Assembly: GCA_017407835.1 (NCBI GenBank)
Contig: JAFQVV010000032.1
Span: 20,353 to 84,352 of the forward strand
Source: Clostridia bacterium
GTDB taxonomy: Bacteria; Bacillota; Clostridia; Oscillospirales; CAG-272
Length of the DNA: 64,000 bases
Reading direction: 5' to 3'
The notes below the pieces were generated by a model. That model did not search any database, had not been told where the DNA came from, and worked only from the letters and a program-made list of their open reading frames with translations. How positions within the stretch are numbered: the stretch's first letter is position 1; every line of letters begins with the position of its first letter. Shown here one piece after another: positions 63,820 to 64,000 of this stretch. The position numbers were made by a program, and so were the translations under genes.

Positions 63820-64000
63820 ATGTATGCAGTTATCCCGAAATTCCGCAATCTGCTCTCGCTGACACTCTCGGTTTTTCTGCCCGAGCAGCGCGGTGTTTAT
63901 TATATCAACGGCAGCGATGTGCTGCCCGCTCCTCTGGCCCCTGCCGAGGAGGCAGATGCAATTGCTCGCCTGGCAGATGCAGATGATGAAAATTGCCGCT
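63820..64000 (+). CDS. sigE: RNA polymerase sporulation sigma factor E precursor (5' part; runs off window)
   Basis: Frame-1 ORF MYAVIPKFRNLLSLTLSVFLPEQRGVYYINGSDVLPAPL resembles the pro-sigma-E leader plus the YY(I)GGS...LPxPL region. 15 nt after spoIIGA, with RBS AGAGAGG. Confidence 0.8.
   Translation, partial: MYAVIPKFRNLLSLTLSVFLPEQRGVYYINGSDVLPAPLAPAEEADAIARLADADDENCR

Overview
This 64-kb chromosomal window is about 58-62% GC by hand counts. It looks like a spore-forming, high-GC Clostridia genome (Oscillospiraceae/Ruminococcaceae-like). That placement is inferred from spoIIGA-sigE, spoVAC, an SLH-domain wall protein and the overall gene content. I call 66 CDS (2 partial) and one tRNA-Thr(CGU), plus many near-consensus sigma-A promoters (TTGACA-17-TATAAT/TATACT) and hairpin terminators. 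All product calls rest on motif recognition in the supplied ORF translations, RBS/start inspection and gene context; no database search was possible.

Most of the window is housekeeping:
- NAD salvage: nadE, pncA, pncB
- RNA modification and processing: rnhA, an RluA-family synthase, rsmA
- Envelope: a walRK-like operon with YycH/YycI-like genes, murA, murJ, a GT4 glycosyltransferase, a UgtP-like glycosyltransferase
- Carbon metabolism: xylB, a ThuA-like gene, glpK, ldh
- Transport: a GntR-regulated ABC exporter
- Translation and secretion: ylxM-ffh-rpsP-khpA, rplM-rpsI
- Others: dxs, spoVAC, spoIIGA-sigE

The regions worth a second look are:
1. A BlaI/BlaR1-type repressor-sensor operon (53.6-58.6 kb). 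Its sensor is a 1,509-aa M56 protease fused to a LytM/M23 domain in which the HxH motif is replaced by CxC. It also carries three tandem repeats and a roughly 400-aa C-terminal region that I cannot assign.
2. A 2.9-kb low-GC islet (28.2-31.1 kb) bracketed by an 11-bp direct repeat. It carries an XRE-TPR regulator, a LysR regulator, a PQ-loop-like mini-transporter and a degenerate SGNH-like protein.
3. A composite palindromic repeat element followed by two genes of unknown function upstream of glpK (40.8-42.6 kb).
4. An acyltransferase / esterase / zinc-ribbon membrane protein cluster (7.7-10.7 kb).
5. Several unusual transcription layouts: an orphan consensus promoter facing a gene's 3' end, a tRNA embedded antisense between a promoter and rsmA, and a promoter -35 box inside a terminator loop.

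I found no CRISPR array, transposase, integrase, rRNA or obvious phage genes.
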